DNA of 64,000 bases from Mayamaea pseudoterrestris (taxonomy: Eukaryota): positions 1,860,001 to 1,924,000 of the forward strand of contig BROI01000002.1 of the NCBI GenBank assembly GCA_027923505.1, in the 5' to 3' direction. The notes beneath the pieces were generated by a model. That model was not told the origin of the DNA, made no database searches, and worked only from the letters and a program-made list of their open reading frames with translations. The position numbers were made by a program, and so were the translations under genes. Shown here one piece after another: positions 35,227 to 48,113 of this stretch (position 1 is its first letter; each line of letters starts with the position of its first letter).

Positions 35227-37137
35227 ATGTCGAAAACGATTTTTATTGGAGTCGATGATGAAAAAGTCATGCGCACGAGAGTTTCAGGCCAGAAATCACT
35301 CGATAACATCCTCATCAAGGCTGTGGGTTCGGCCCATGGAGGCATGGCCTTTCTGGTCGACGAAGATCACCGTATGGTTCGAAATTATAAGGCACTCGTC
35401 GAATCTGCAATTTACACGATCGAGTCGCTTCCGCCGCCGTCCGATGTGTTTCCTGTAGTTCCAGTTCACGCGATCAAGCCGGAAAAATATGTCTGTCCGG
35501 AGGGCTTTCTTGAGTCGCTTTTTAGTCAAGTAAGCCGACATCTTGAAGGCGACGAACGCGTTCCTCCAATGGCTCTCGTCGGATGCAGCCGCAGCGGCAA
35601 GACGGCGTTGCTCGAAGAAATTGCGACTCGACTGCCGGATTACCTTGCGGCTCATGGTAGCGAGCCCGTTGCGATTATTATGATCACTTTCAATGACTAT
35701 TCACCAGTGTCACTTATCGATCATGAAGGTGCGCTGCAGGCGCTTGGTCGGCGACTTTTATTTTCGATCAACGTCAAGGAAACGGAACGGAACCAAGCGT
35801 TTAATTACTACGTCAAGGCATACGACACATTTCGTCGCAAAAATTACGTCATTGCTCTAGACGATATCATGGAGTGGCTCGACGGATTTCGAGTTATTCT
35901 ACTCATTGACGAGCTCAATAATTTAGATTTGAAGCATTCTGGCGACCAGTCAGAAGTCGGAGATTTCCTTCGAGCATACTTCCTTGACGACACAGGTCGA
36001 TATCTTGTCCTCACGTCTCATGAGCTGGGAAGCGTGGACTCATTCGCGGACATCATCGATACTTCGAAAGGAAGCAGTCGCGACGTGATTGTGCAGCATT
36101 TGCCACTAGCTTTGAACCTCGAAGATGTTGTGCTGTACTTGAATCCTGATTTGAGGGGACCGCTGGAAGCCTTGTACTATGGCTTGCTACCAGGACTTAT
36201 CTTTGATCAGGGCCAACGCGTGAAAGTATATCGGAAGCACAAGGCAGCAATCAATACTTTCGAACTGCGGTCATCTGAGGACAAGCGGAGATGCATCACT
36301 CGAATCCTCGCGAGCTTCTTTACCGGTAAAGAGAATGATGTGCCATTAGAGCTACGTAAACTTGTGACGACAAGACCTGATTTAGACGTTGCGGGCAGAG
36401 AAGTTGTCAAGATCAGTTGGGTGCCTTTCAACCTTCAATTTGTGTTGGCAATGAGTACGCTTGACGAGAGGAACTGGTTCGACGAAGGCTTGCACAGCTT
36501 GAACCAGTTGTGCAATCATTTGAAAACGACCAAGGAATCATCAGGGAAAGGCTACGAGTATTTGTTTGCTATTGCCTACCTAGCACGCTGCATTGCAGGG
36601 CTTCCGTTCGACAACCTCTTGCCAAGGGAGTGGTTCATGGATAGTGGGCTAGAAGTAGAGTTTAACCCCTACCGTCAGGAAGTCGGAGGATTTTTGGAAG
36701 ATTGTTGCGACTGGGACCAGTTAGAAAAGGGTATTGATTATAGTGGTCCGCAGCCCAAATTAGCCGTATTTCTCCCGACGAACCCTCGCTTTGAAAGATT
36801 TGACATTGTCGCTTTGCTGATAACAAATGGTAGAATTTCTGATCGGCGGGCATTTCAGGTCCAACAGGCAACTCATAATCCCTCACATGAACCATGGCCA
36901 GGCTTTGAGCACACCAGTTTTCTTGTTAAAGGCGATAGTCCGCAACGAAGCCATACGAACGCAAAGGGATGGAATGTTGTGGGCGACGATGATCTTGAAC
37001 GATTCTTTGGCGAGTCGGGTAAACATTGGACGCCGAAAGTATGGCGTCATCTGACGGCAACGTATGTAAAGGCTCGGAACCAGCGAGCTGAAGAGGAGGA
37101 GCGAGCGAAAAAGCTCTTCACAAGCGACGAAAGCTGA
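35227..37137 (+). CDS. Crinkler/RHS-like protein: short header + P-loop NTPase + restriction-endonuclease-like C-terminus
   Basis: Walker A GCSRSGKT, Walker B ILLIDE and C-terminal PTNPRFERFDIVALL...AFQVQ. Intronless. The start is uncertain, since the frame is open from 34909. Confidence 0.6.
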   Translation: MSKTIFIGVDDEKVMRTRVSGQKSLDNILIKAVGSAHGGMAFLVDEDHRMVRNYKALVESAIYTIESLPPPSDVFPVVPVHAIKPEKYVCPEGFLESLFSQVSRHLEGDERVPPMALVGCSRSGKTALLEEIATRLPDYLAAHGSEPVAIIMITFNDYSPVSLIDHEGALQALGRRLLFSINVKETERNQAFNYYVKAYDTFRRKNYVIALDDIMEWLDGFRVILLIDELNNLDLKHSGDQSEVGDFLRAYFLDDTGRYLVLTSHELGSVDSFADIIDTSKGSSRDVIVQHLPLALNLEDVVLYLNPDLRGPLEALYYGLLPGLIFDQGQRVKVYRKHKAAINTFELRSSEDKRRCITRILASFFTGKENDVPLELRKLVTTRPDLDVAGREVVKISWVPFNLQFVLAMSTLDERNWFDEGLHSLNQLCNHLKTTKESSGKGYEYLFAIAYLARCIAGLPFDNLLPREWFMDSGLEVEFNPYRQEVGGFLEDCCDWDQLEKGIDYSGPQPKLAVFLPTNPRFERFDIVALLITNGRISDRRAFQVQQATHNPSHEPWPGFEHTSFLVKGDSPQRSHTNAKGWNVVGDDDLERFFGESGKHWTPKVWRHLTATYVKARNQRAEEEERAKKLFTSDES

Positions 37138-37688
37138 CGCGAAGAACAATTAATTGTTGCAGCTGCATGATGGAAGGTAGCTGCAAGCATCGCATAAAGT
37201 ATTCAGTATTGAGAAAAGAATGCCACCATGAGATGGATTAATTAGAATCTAAATATTAAATGTCTATTTCCTGTCAATAGATCCTCGCACAAGGAGAGCC
37301 ATACTTTCATTACGGCCTTTGGCAAATCACTTCAGTTCCACGAACTCGGACTATTATTAGCTTCTACCTTCCATTTCGCCTTGCCACTGAAAACGCGGAG
37401 CAATTGTCAACAGAGCGACGTATCTGCAGAACTGAACCGTTGGGACCGACTTGTGGTGACATGTGCCGTTTCTTCCCGGTTGCGACTGTCGCTTGAGTCG
37501 GGTGCATATGCGGTTAAGCGGGACCATAAAAGAGACTTAAGACGGCGCTGAGTGGAAAGCGACCAGTTGCGAGCGTTGTTGCCAGGGTTTGGTGATTAAA
37601 GGCAGTCGCATTTTACATAAATAGCTCGGCAGACATCAAAATGAAAGCATGTTGCCCAATTGAATTCAACTTTAGGCTCGTCCTATAG

Positions 37689-39263
37689 CTACACGCCGGT
37701 CCGAATGCCCGCAGGTTGCGCTGACCGAGAACCAAACACAAAGAGGTTCTCGCGCAGGAGGACAAAGACGCAATATGCGTCATCATTCACTTGTTCTATT
37801 ATTCGAACAACCTTGCACAGATTTCCAGGGTCATGCTCCAATCCGCCGCGGCCGCTGCAATTGAGCCTGAGCAACGTGTTCATCTCCGTCAGCATGTCCG
37901 AGTCCCAGGTGTTTTGATGTCGGTTCATAATTGCCGAAAGGTGAATGTTCTTCATCGTGTAATTGGATCTAAGCGCACCAAGTAAAGCGGGAAATGCAAA
38001 TGGTGGATCCTTATGTAGACCTACCACACAGTCCAACTCGATTGTCTCCAGGTTGGGGTTAGTTCGTACGCACTCAGCCAGTGCTTCGTCCATACTGATT
38101 GTAAAGTCATGAACTGAAAGCTTTAATACCTGTAAGTGACGGCATTGGATCGCTGCTTGAGCCACTCTCAAAGAGACGTCCTGCCCAAAAAAATTCATAA
38201 TATCTAATTCATAAAGGTGGTGCATTGTTGGAAGACCCTGGACGAAATTAGTCAAAAAGGTCTCTCTGGTGTCAACAAACTCCGGCAGACTGTCATTCGG
38301 GTCAGTCTCTACAGTGTCGTCCAACAGCACAACGTCATCCATTGGATTATAAAACTCAACTGACCCAAGGCACAACTTTCGAAGTGTCGATCCTGTCAGT
38401 GCTTGCGCCACTTCCCTCACATCCGATGGAGCAACACATATTATGATTGAAGCCAGCTCAAGGCCTTGCACTGTCATGTTGGTGATTGCATCAAGAAACA
38501 CTTGGAACGATCCTTCATGGTCTGTTAGGTTGATGCCTTCAATCTTTAAGTCAATCGGACGGTTCATAGTGAGCGTTCCAGCAAGTGCTTGCGCTTGCTC
38601 GGGCTGCATGACGACCATGGTATAGATTCCTGCAGCAGCATCAATGACGACTCTTTCAAGCAGAGGCATGGTTTCCAGCGCAGGCAATATAATCGAAAAA
38701 ACGCGAGGATGCATAAGTAGGTTTACTTTCCGAATGGATGGATGGTTTGAAAGTCCTCGGGCGAGTGCTCGAATTCTTGGAATGTGAAATTCAGCCATAT
38801 AGTACTTTTCCCAAACATTAATCGAAACAATTTTCGACAAGAATCGAATGACGTCGTCAAACATGAATCGCGGATCAGGGAAGTCGCCTATTTTAATTGT
38901 CGCTGAAACCATTGTGGGTATCTCACCAATGCATTTGAAAAGCTGGTTCCAGCGGCCACGTGCCTTTTTGCGTCGACGTCTTTGTCGAAGCAGCCTCCGT
39001 CGACCCGGATGCGCTGGACGAATATCTTTACCATCAAGACAAACGGCATCCAATGGCGTCACTGACAGAGCAGACAAGAGCTTGTTTATGTCATCATCTC
39101 CAAGTCTTGAGTATTGCTTGACAAAAGCATTGTCAATGACAAGTTCGACTTTTGCGTCAAGAGGCTTCTGGTGATGCTGCTTGCTGTCCACGATTCGCGG
39201 AATATCTGTGTCGATAAATTCCTGCAGATTTTTCTCTAGCGACCATCGAAATGTAGATATCAT
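37689..39263 (-). CDS. RNI-like/LRR-like protein of an expanded diatom-type family
   Basis: 524-aa ORF with degenerate LxxLxL repeats and C-terminal LRSNYTM...LRLNCSGR...CVFVLLREN. Confidence 0.6.
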   Translation of the reverse strand: MISTFRWSLEKNLQEFIDTDIPRIVDSKQHHQKPLDAKVELVIDNAFVKQYSRLGDDDINKLLSALSVTPLDAVCLDGKDIRPAHPGRRRLLRQRRRRKKARGRWNQLFKCIGEIPTMVSATIKIGDFPDPRFMFDDVIRFLSKIVSINVWEKYYMAEFHIPRIRALARGLSNHPSIRKVNLLMHPRVFSIILPALETMPLLERVVIDAAAGIYTMVVMQPEQAQALAGTLTMNRPIDLKIEGINLTDHEGSFQVFLDAITNMTVQGLELASIIICVAPSDVREVAQALTGSTLRKLCLGSVEFYNPMDDVVLLDDTVETDPNDSLPEFVDTRETFLTNFVQGLPTMHHLYELDIMNFFGQDVSLRVAQAAIQCRHLQVLKLSVHDFTISMDEALAECVRTNPNLETIELDCVVGLHKDPPFAFPALLGALRSNYTMKNIHLSAIMNRHQNTWDSDMLTEMNTLLRLNCSGRGGLEHDPGNLCKVVRIIEQVNDDAYCVFVLLRENLFVFGSRSAQPAGIRTGV

Positions 39264-39528
39264 TGTTCGTGTTCAAGATAGTGCGTATAGATGATGTAGC
39301 AGCAAGGAGATTTGGGAGTGGGAAACGAAGTTTTGGCGGTGAAGCGTGAAGCGAAAAAGATCCTGTCGCAGCGCGATCTAGCTGTCGCGCTGCGACAGAA
39401 GATGAGCTGGGGCGCGCACGCTCCAACATCCCCATGACATCATGCTCCACCATGACGCTCTGCTACTGGGCCTACTATATGAATGAAACTAAAGTGGACG
39501 TCAGACTAGTGGATAGTCATCTTCTGAC

Positions 39529-40698
39529 ATGAAGCTTGCAAATTTAGTCGGATGCGCCGCAGCAATTTTGGCATTTGAAGCGCCTTTGACATTTGCATCG
39601 TCCACTGCCCTCATTTTTTCATCATCGGCATGTGCATTTGCTGGAGGCTTTGGGTCTATGAAACAGACTTCAAATGCAAAATCAAAGCAGAGGAAACGCA
39701 AAAGTGATTTGGAAGACTTAGCTCCGCTTCCTGTGGCGCCCATAATAAATCAACATGACGTCGGAAACAACGAGCTTCAACTCGACAAATGGGGACTTCC
39801 TCCGCCGACAGAGGCAGACATCTTTCCGCCATTGCCCCACGACACGGAGCTCATTCCAGTTTCCAAAGACGACTATACATTGATGGAGATTCAACGAGTC
39901 TTGGACGGATACATTCCTCTCAACTTGGATCGGTTTGACGCAAATGGAGTGGAGAAACAGACATGGATGAGTGAAGCGCCCATGAAAGTTCGACTCCTCC
40001 ATCAATCCCCTCCTGTACTCGCTATAGACAATTTTCTGACTTTCGAAGAATGCTTGGACATTGAGCGAGTTGCATGGCCGTCGAAAAAAGATACGCAAGT
40101 TGATGGCGAAGAACCACGACGACGGCCCGTCCAAGTCACGTCGCAAACCTTTCAAGGCGCCATCTCGCGACGGACATCAACCTCATGGTTTTGTTTCTTT
40201 TCCCAACTTCCACAACTATTGACCAAGATGCAGTATATGCTTGGCTTGACACTTGAACACATGGAGGAGCCACAAATTGTTCGCTACGAGACTGGCCAAG
40301 AGTTTAGTTGGCACTACGACGAGGTTCCAAGTACGCTGCTAAACAATGGCGGCCAGCGATTAGCCACACTATTGGTATACTTGAATACACTACCCGAACA
40401 TGCTGGTGGTGGAACCGTCTTTCGGGACTTGCGCGATGCCAATGGCGAAACACTTTGCGTGCAACCAATTCAAGGAACGGCCTTGCTCTTTTTTCCAGCC
40501 GACGCCAACGGCCGACCCGACGATCGAACCTTGCACAAGGGCGACGTTGTTGCCAAGGGATTTGAAAAGCGCATTGTTCAAGTTTGGACGCATGAGGAAA
40601 CGTTTGCGGCGCGCCTGCCGCCTGGCAATCTCCAGGCGGATGCACGAGAAAGCGTGAACGAGATGGCACGACGACTAGGCTACATTCAAAACAAATAA
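39529..40698 (+). CDS. Prolyl 4-hydroxylase-like 2OG-Fe(II) oxygenase, signal-peptide bearing
   Basis: QIVRYETGQEFSWHYD (HxD), GGQRLATLLVYLN, GGGTVF, TLHKG and distal K. Confidence 0.85.
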   Translation: MKLANLVGCAAAILAFEAPLTFASSTALIFSSSACAFAGGFGSMKQTSNAKSKQRKRKSDLEDLAPLPVAPIINQHDVGNNELQLDKWGLPPPTEADIFPPLPHDTELIPVSKDDYTLMEIQRVLDGYIPLNLDRFDANGVEKQTWMSEAPMKVRLLHQSPPVLAIDNFLTFEECLDIERVAWPSKKDTQVDGEEPRRRPVQVTSQTFQGAISRRTSTSWFCFFSQLPQLLTKMQYMLGLTLEHMEEPQIVRYETGQEFSWHYDEVPSTLLNNGGQRLATLLVYLNTLPEHAGGGTVFRDLRDANGETLCVQPIQGTALLFFPADANGRPDDRTLHKGDVVAKGFEKRIVQVWTHEETFAARLPPGNLQADARESVNEMARRLGYIQNK

Positions 40699-40836
40699 CA
40701 GTATTTGGATGATTACAATAACAATGTAAGTCTTCAAACTGCAAGAATAGCAAATCACGCGGCGTCCCGATAGCATTCAAGAACCGATGCGACACAAATA
40801 AATCAGAAACGGCGCAGCAACCGCGTGAATTACACC

Positions 40837-43800
40837 ATGGCGAAAGCGTCCGCCCTCCTCGCCAATCGTACCATGCCAGCTAACCCAACGACTCGCCAAG
40901 CTGATGATGAGCATCCTCTCGTTCAGACGCTCAAGCTTATTGATCCGTTCTTGATATTTTTGACAAGGAAGAGTGGACACGTTGCCATTCCAATTTCCAG
41001 CCTTGCCAAGGCGCTGCCGGCAACCGTCCTGACTCCAGAGTTGCTTCAAAATGTACAAGCACTGGCTCATATTGGTGTCATGAGGTTCCATGGAAGAAGT
41101 GACAGTGACTTGACATGGAGCGATTCGACGACGCAGTTGGGCTTTCCGCCGCCAGCGGATTCGGTCGAGGAAACGGCACAAATGAAGGAGTTGCGTCACA
41201 GTTTTGGCAGTCTACATGGAAGCACCAAGATTGGATCCAAGCGACGAATCAAGGCTCTTTTGCGCGTTTTGGAGCAGCAACGAAAAATACAGAGAGATGA
41301 GAATAGTGAGAAGAGTTGCAACGCGGTGATGAACGCCTCTGATGCAACTGTTGATTCGGCTGCTGCAGCCATTGCTACAATCACCCCTGTCAAGACATGC
41401 GACGATACTGTAATGCAGCGACGCAACAATTCACATGATGAAATAGAACCTTTGCCTAGTGACGAGGCTATCCAAGCGCAGCAGGATTTGGAACGTTTGC
41501 TTGGCTTCAAGTTAGGAGACAATGAGGCAGCAAGTTCGCTCGATGCGGCGACGACGAGCAGCCCCATTCCAACCTGCATTCTCGATAGACAAGTCTCCTA
41601 CGCGGGGACTCATCCAGCGCAGAATTCTATATACCAAGACTTGTCAGCGTCAACACTGGAGCAAATCCCGCAGGCACTACTACAAGCCTTTGGCTTGGCA
41701 ATAACCACGCAGCAATTGGCAACATCAACAACTACTCGACGACTCTACCGGCATCAAGCGCTTGCAGTTGAGGCTGCGCTGGCAGAAACACATTGTACAG
41801 TTAGCACTGGCACGGGGAGTGGCAAAAGCATGTGCTTTTTGCTGCCCGTCTTGACGGCAGCCTACCAAGCTGATCGAGTTTCATTCATACTGTATCCAAC
41901 CAAGGCACTGGCACAAGACCAATTGACGCAGTTGCAAGATTTACTACAAAAAGACTCTAGTCTAGGCGCTCGCATTCGTCCAGCCACCTTGGATGGAGAC
42001 ACGCCGCACTCGACGCGCACGCTCATTGCGGATTCCTGCAATGTCATTCTCACAAACCCCGACACGCTGCACGCTTCGATTCTTCCAAATTGGCGACATT
42101 TATATTCCAAGCTCTTGTCTCGACTAGCCTATGTTGCATTGGACGAGGCCCACTTGTACGAGGGAATATTTGGTGCGCATGTAACCATGATACTAAGTAG
42201 ATTGCTCCGAGTGTCCGTGGCAGCGGCCAACCACAATGGCCTTCCACCGACGCTCCCAACCTTTATCGCTACCTCGGCGACCATGCCGTGGCCCGAGGAA
42301 CTGTTTCGGCGTCTATGTCCGATTGCGCATGATGCGCCGGTTCTTGTTCTAACGTCCGAGCAGGACGGTAGTCCTCGGGCGGCCAAACATTTTTTGCTTT
42401 GGAATCCACCTTTGCTGCAACTTTCGGATCGTTCATCGACGGGGCAAGTTGCAAAGTTGTTGCACAAGGGCGATTTACCACCAGCAAGTGCTGAAACTTG
42501 TGACAATCTTGGTCGAAAGCGAAAGCGTGCACCTGCTGCAGCATTGGAGAGATATGACATGGAACGTTTGCGTCGGTTGGATGCAGCTGACCAGCCATCT
42601 GTTGGTTGCGATCGCACGGTCGAGCGAAATGTACACCGTCGTCACGCTGCAGAGGAGACGGCGTTGCTACTCGCCAAGGCGTTGGTGACCGGCGTCCGAT
42701 GTATTACTTTTTGTCGGACGCGCAACCTTGTGGAATGGGTGTACGAACGAACTGTCGCTGCCCTGAAACTATCATCATCAACGGCTCATTTAGTCCACCA
42801 ACTTGAATCGTACCGAGGCGGCTACAGCAAACAGGAGCGTCGAATAATAGAACAGAAATTATTTCGAGGGGAGTTGCTTGGTGTGGTCGGCACAAATGCG
42901 CTCGAACTCGGAGTGGACATTGGTGGAATTAACTTGACCTTGCATTGCGGATATCCGTCGTCGTATGCGAGTCTTCTGCAGCAGGCCGGACGGGCTGGGC
43001 GAGATAAGAACGCTATTGATGTTCCGTCGTGCAGCGTTGTCATTTGTTTTGACTCCCCAGTGGAGCAGCACTTATGGCGGCATCCTGAATCGCTTCTTGG
43101 TCGGGGTTTGTCGCCCAGCTGCTCCATTCCCATCACATCTGACCTGGTCCAGTCGCATTTGCTTTGTGCCTCTGAAGAGTTTCCTCTTACGAAGGAGCAC
43201 CCCATCTCCGTAATCTTGGGAGAAAAGGAGATTAATTGTTTGCTTGACAGGCAACTCTTCGGAAGAGAAGTTTTCGATGAAGCTTTTGATGAATTATTGT
43301 CCGCTCGAGGATTAGTTGACACACAAATAAACATACCCGACGGATCTTCTGTTTCTGCCTACCAGGCACATTTCTCGCGTCGCAAACCCTGGGCGAGCGT
43401 TTCGATCCGAGCCATTGAGCCTGTGAACTACTCCCTTGTAAATCTCGCACACCCTGGCCAGGGCGACAGGATGGATGCAATCCATGACGAAGGCGCAGTA
43501 ATGGACACAATCCCCTATTCGCGTGTGTTCTACTACAGTCACCCTGGCGCTATCATACTGCACCGAGGGACGCGGTTCAAAATAATTGCCATGTCAAGCC
43601 CACCGCCGATCTGCGAAACTAAAACAAGTCAGCGATCGAACCTCTTTTTAGCTGCCTTTGCGCGTCCTACGAATGCAGCATATTTCACCAGGCCATTAAG
43701 CAATTTGCGCATTACCGTTGTCAAAACCCTTCACCGAATTGAAATGTCGTCGGCGACACCACCGTCGGGCACTTCCGGTATTAATGTCGGCGATGAAAGG

Positions 43801-44665
43801 AATGGCATTGCTGCAACTGAGATTCATTCAAAGATGGCACATCTTGACGACTCTTCAGCAGACGTATTGTCTTTTGCTGGTTGTGGCACCATTACCGTGA
43901 AACGAAGAATTCGCGGTTACTCAAAGTTGTCCTTAGTGACCAGGACAGAACTTGCACGATCCGAGTTGTCGTTACCGGAGTTCGAGTACGTTCTTGCTGA
44001 AGCCAACATATCAAAGGACTCGACAAAACCTAACAATATCTTTCACCCTCAGGTATGACACGTTTGGTGTTTGGCTAGACGTTGACAGGGACTTCTTGCT
44101 TCCCAAACTAGGCGAAATCGAATTTGGTGCTGGTGTGCATGCGCTTTCTCATGCGATCTTAGCTGTTGCTCCTATTTACCTACTCGGTATCGTGCGACAG
44201 GACCTTGAATGCGATCATTCCTTTTACGCGCCAAGACGGATCATGCTGTTTGATGAACGAGCAGGAGGCTCTGGAGCGTGCCAACGGCTTTGGAACGTGA
44301 TTTTTCAACCGAATAGCGTGATAGATGCTGCGGTCGACCTCCTTGAGGAATGCCGCACTTGTTCCTCAGATAAATCATACGATGGTGGCTGCCCAGCTTG
44401 CCTCCAATCATCAAAGTGTCTCAACTTTAACTTACGTTTGTCGCGTAACGCGGGAGCAAGCATTGGGCGGCATTTGCTCTCTCGCATACGGCAAGTATCC
44501 ACCGGACTGGCAAGGGACGATCAAGCAGTCATCGCGACAAATGCGGCAAAAGAATTGTCGCCGCGGCGTCTGGCACGCGAAAGGGGTATCCGCAAAGCGA
44601 AGGAAATGCGCGCCGCGCAAGAACGACAATTTGTCGTTGGTCGACCATCGTGGCCACTGGGGTAG
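40837..44665 (+). CDS. HRQ1: Hrq1-type DEAH helicase with C-terminal DUF1998/Zn-binding domain; exons 40837-43985 and 44053-44665
   Basis: TGTGSGKS, YPTKALAQDQ, TNPDTLH, LDEAH, SAT, TNALELGVDIG and QQAGRAGR helicase motifs. C-terminal HALSH and C..C...GCPACL. A 67-nt GT-AG intron joins the two ORFs. Confidence 0.9.
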
Positions 44666-44793
44666 GCGGCTGCAAATTTGCTAATTGGTGTGGTTTCATT
44701 TTGCTACAAGGCGACAGGTAAAAGGTAGTCTTTATACATATTTACTCGCAACGAAAAAGCCGGAGAACTACACGCCTCGTCGCTACCCGGTGT

Positions 44794-47752
44794 TTAAGGG
44801 AAGGCTTCCGAATATTTCGTGATTGTCTCTCCAAGTGAAACGAACGACTCGGCCGTGCCACCTCTCAATCCGCTTTCAATTTGTCGCGCAATCATCGGTG
44901 GACCGTTGGGAAACTCTGCTTCGACACTGCAAGTCATTTTTACACTATTTCCACCCAAATTCTCGAATAGCAACATAGTCCAGCTAAAGAAAGTGCCACC
45001 AAACGGAACATCCGGTGTATGTGCTTTGGTAAATGAAATTAGATGAGCGAGAGCCTGTGTTGTGTATGTATTGAACGCAAATAAACAGCAGCGACTTACT
45101 CTTCTTCTTTATAGCGAAGCAATTGTCGTTATATGCAGCAATAAACACCGTGTCATAGGCCATGTTGGCCGAAACGAATGCGGACTTGGGCATGAGGTAC
45201 TGTTGTTCTTTGCTGACGCCAACGAAATCATCAGGTTTTACGTCATCAGGTAGTATCACCTTGCCAATATGATCGCTGTAACGTTCCCAAGGGTTAATTG
45301 TAATGTTTTCGTATTTGCCCTCGGCCTTCATCATAACATCAAGCGTAAACTTTGACTCGTCGCTGAGTAAAGCCCACCGGAGCCGACGGAAGCCAACGGG
45401 CAGCTCCACCTCCAAACTTATGTATTTTAAATTCTCTGGCAGCTTAAAACCTTCAGGGATCGGCGGAGCTGGCTCCTTATCTGTCTTAATAGTAGGACCT
45501 AAATAGTTCCCTAAAATCAAACCCACTTCTTGTGCTTCCGTTTCTTGACGCTTCTTCTTGAGCTCACGACCGCCCGCTCGTATTTCGCGAAGAGCTTGAA
45601 GCATAAACGACGCCTGACTGTTCGCTTGGAGCACGCGAATCTCCATCTCCATTCCCTTTTGTTCCACGTAGAAGAAAATCTCGTCGGTTACACTGGAAAG
45701 GATGAACATGCGAATCGTTGTCGCTAGCGGCGAGTGATATGCTAACCAACAGATTGGCACGGAAATGATCCAGTGAAAATAATAGAGCAGCGAAAGGACA
45801 CGAGTCAAAACGTCAAACCAAGTCAGACTCATTAGACGTCGAAAATAACTGTACCAAGTGTGCCAAAACCATTCTTTTGCTTTCACTTCCTCGTTTCGCA
45901 ACAGTTCCTCGGTCTTCCACCGCTTCAAACGGTTCGCCACATCAACCACATTTGCCTTCATTAAACGTTGCCAGTCAATGGCAAGAATGTTCACCGCCAA
46001 TACAAAATACCCACCAACGCGATATTCAATCTCCGTTTCAATCGCTACCCCACGTCGCTTGAGGCGAGGCGTCAGTAATCGATATAAGTCATTGGATAGT
46101 TGAATGGCAATTCGACGCGGCGTAAAATCACTCGCCAACGCCAAACCCGCCAGCTTGACCATGTTCACATGTGCATAGACACGAAACCGTTGAAACTTGC
46201 TGATTGCTTCATCCACCTCTCCTTCCGGCCGTTCCCATTTTTCCTTTGCCAAACGTTCAAGCTCACGCTTAACAACCTGGACGCTGTTTTTGACCATGAC
46301 ATTAACGTAAAGCGTATTCTCACTGTGGGTCATGGCATGAACATCCTTATCGTTGCCTGCATTAATCTTGTTGTACTGATCGGTCATGCCTCGCGTATTG
46401 TCACCCTGCTTCATAATTTGATATGCGTCCAGCAATTTATTGTGCACCTTGTCGCGAACAGTGTCTCCTTCAGACCGAAACCGATTGTAAGGATTCTTGC
46501 GACGCACAATCGCTCGGAGCGCCAAGTCGTCGTAGTAAGCCTTGTCGCGAGAAAGCAATGCGAGGTTGCGTTCCGCCTTCAACTCTGCATTTGTCAACAG
46601 CAACGACTGCGCCCTCTGGCAAACGCTCACCAAAGCTTCGTCAGCCGGCAATGAATAGTCTTCCATGCCTGCAGAGCCAAGCAAGGCGTTGTAGTCGCCA
46701 TCTTCGTCGACGCAAAACTCGTTGAAGCGAACCTCCTGCTGCGCACGCTGCTTGGACGGCGGTGTCATTGGCACTGCTGCATCCATGACGGATTCGCCAT
46801 GGTCGATCTCCCACGGTTCCTTGGAAACAGCGTCGTCATCGATCATTAAAGGGTTGCGATTTTTTGCTGCAGCCGGTAGATGTAATGGCGGCGCCGATGA
46901 GAGTCGTCGTTGTTCAGGCTGCTTATTGTCAGCTGAAAATGATTCATCCTCGGTGAACAACCGCTGACGCGTCGACTTGAAGCGGTTGCGAGTCTCGCTT
47001 CTTACTGAGCCATCCATCGACAAGTTTTCGTTTCTGTCGATTGCTGCATTTCCATTCAATCCATCTTCGCCAAGAACGCTAACACAAACGGCCTGTACGT
47101 GCCATTCCTCGTGCTTGTCACAGGCTTCGTATGTGGCAAACGCCTTGCCGCAGACTCCGCACATCCATGCTTCGGAAGCATTTTCATTAACTGTTGAAGA
47201 TGCAATTGAACCATTCTCCTTCCTGTTTCGTCTCCTTCTCCATAATTTCCGTTTGCTTCTGGATTCTGTCGGCGCTGCATTCGTAGTAGCTACAGTTGAC
47301 GTTCCATTGTAATTGCTTCTCGCACTCGTTGTAGCTCCATATGCACCAGCCCTATTCGCCGCTGCGTCGCTATCAATATGCGCTTCCATTGTCAAGATGC
47401 TTCCAACATCATCCGACATTAACGTAAAGTCAGAGTCTCGCGTGTTTCGTCGCTCCCTAGATTCAGATTGTCCCATGCGAACGCCTCGCATGACGGCTCG
47501 TTCATTGCTGAAATCGGTCCGACTCGAAGCGATACTATCGCCATCATCAATATTACTTTCGTCGATAAACCTGGAAGCATCCTTTGCAAAATTCGATGTT
47601 TTGGCTTCCTGCAAAAGTCGCTGCGAAAGCTGCTGGGAGGATTGTCGTGCCAGTTGAATCGTTCGGTCGTCGCCGATTCGTTTCGAGGCGCGCCGACGCA
47701 TGGAATCTTGGTAGCGACTGTCATTGTCATGCAGTGAATGGGAGCTGAACAT
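44794..47752 (-). CDS. Membrane protein with C2H2-like finger and C-terminal VASt (StARkin) lipid-transfer domain; intron 45099-45024
   Basis: CGVCGKAFATYEACDKHEEWH finger, a hydrophobic segment, and YLMPKSAFV...TPDVPFGGTF after splicing. Confidence 0.65.
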
Positions 47753-48113
47753 GCCGCTTGTCTCTATTCAGAAGCAAACTGTGAGTTGCGGCTCGCATCA
47801 TGGTGGAGGCGATCTTCCTTTGTCGACGAAAAGGTCATCCATCGCAGCGTTAGTCAACCATCGTGTACCGTTGCGACTGACAGTGTAGTCGTACTTGTCA
47901 ACCTTTCTGGTTGTACCATAGCATCCTTCGAAAGCAAAGGTTTTCCTCCATTCAGTACTGAGATGCCAGCTGACATTGAAACTACAAATAATAGATAAAA
48001 TGATACGATAAATATACTATGTAGCTAGAGGGGAGCAGCAGCTATGACTCCATGCACGCTAATCAGTCCCCAACTCTGCTCGTGCCAAACTATCCATAAA
48101 TCCATCTATGCCT

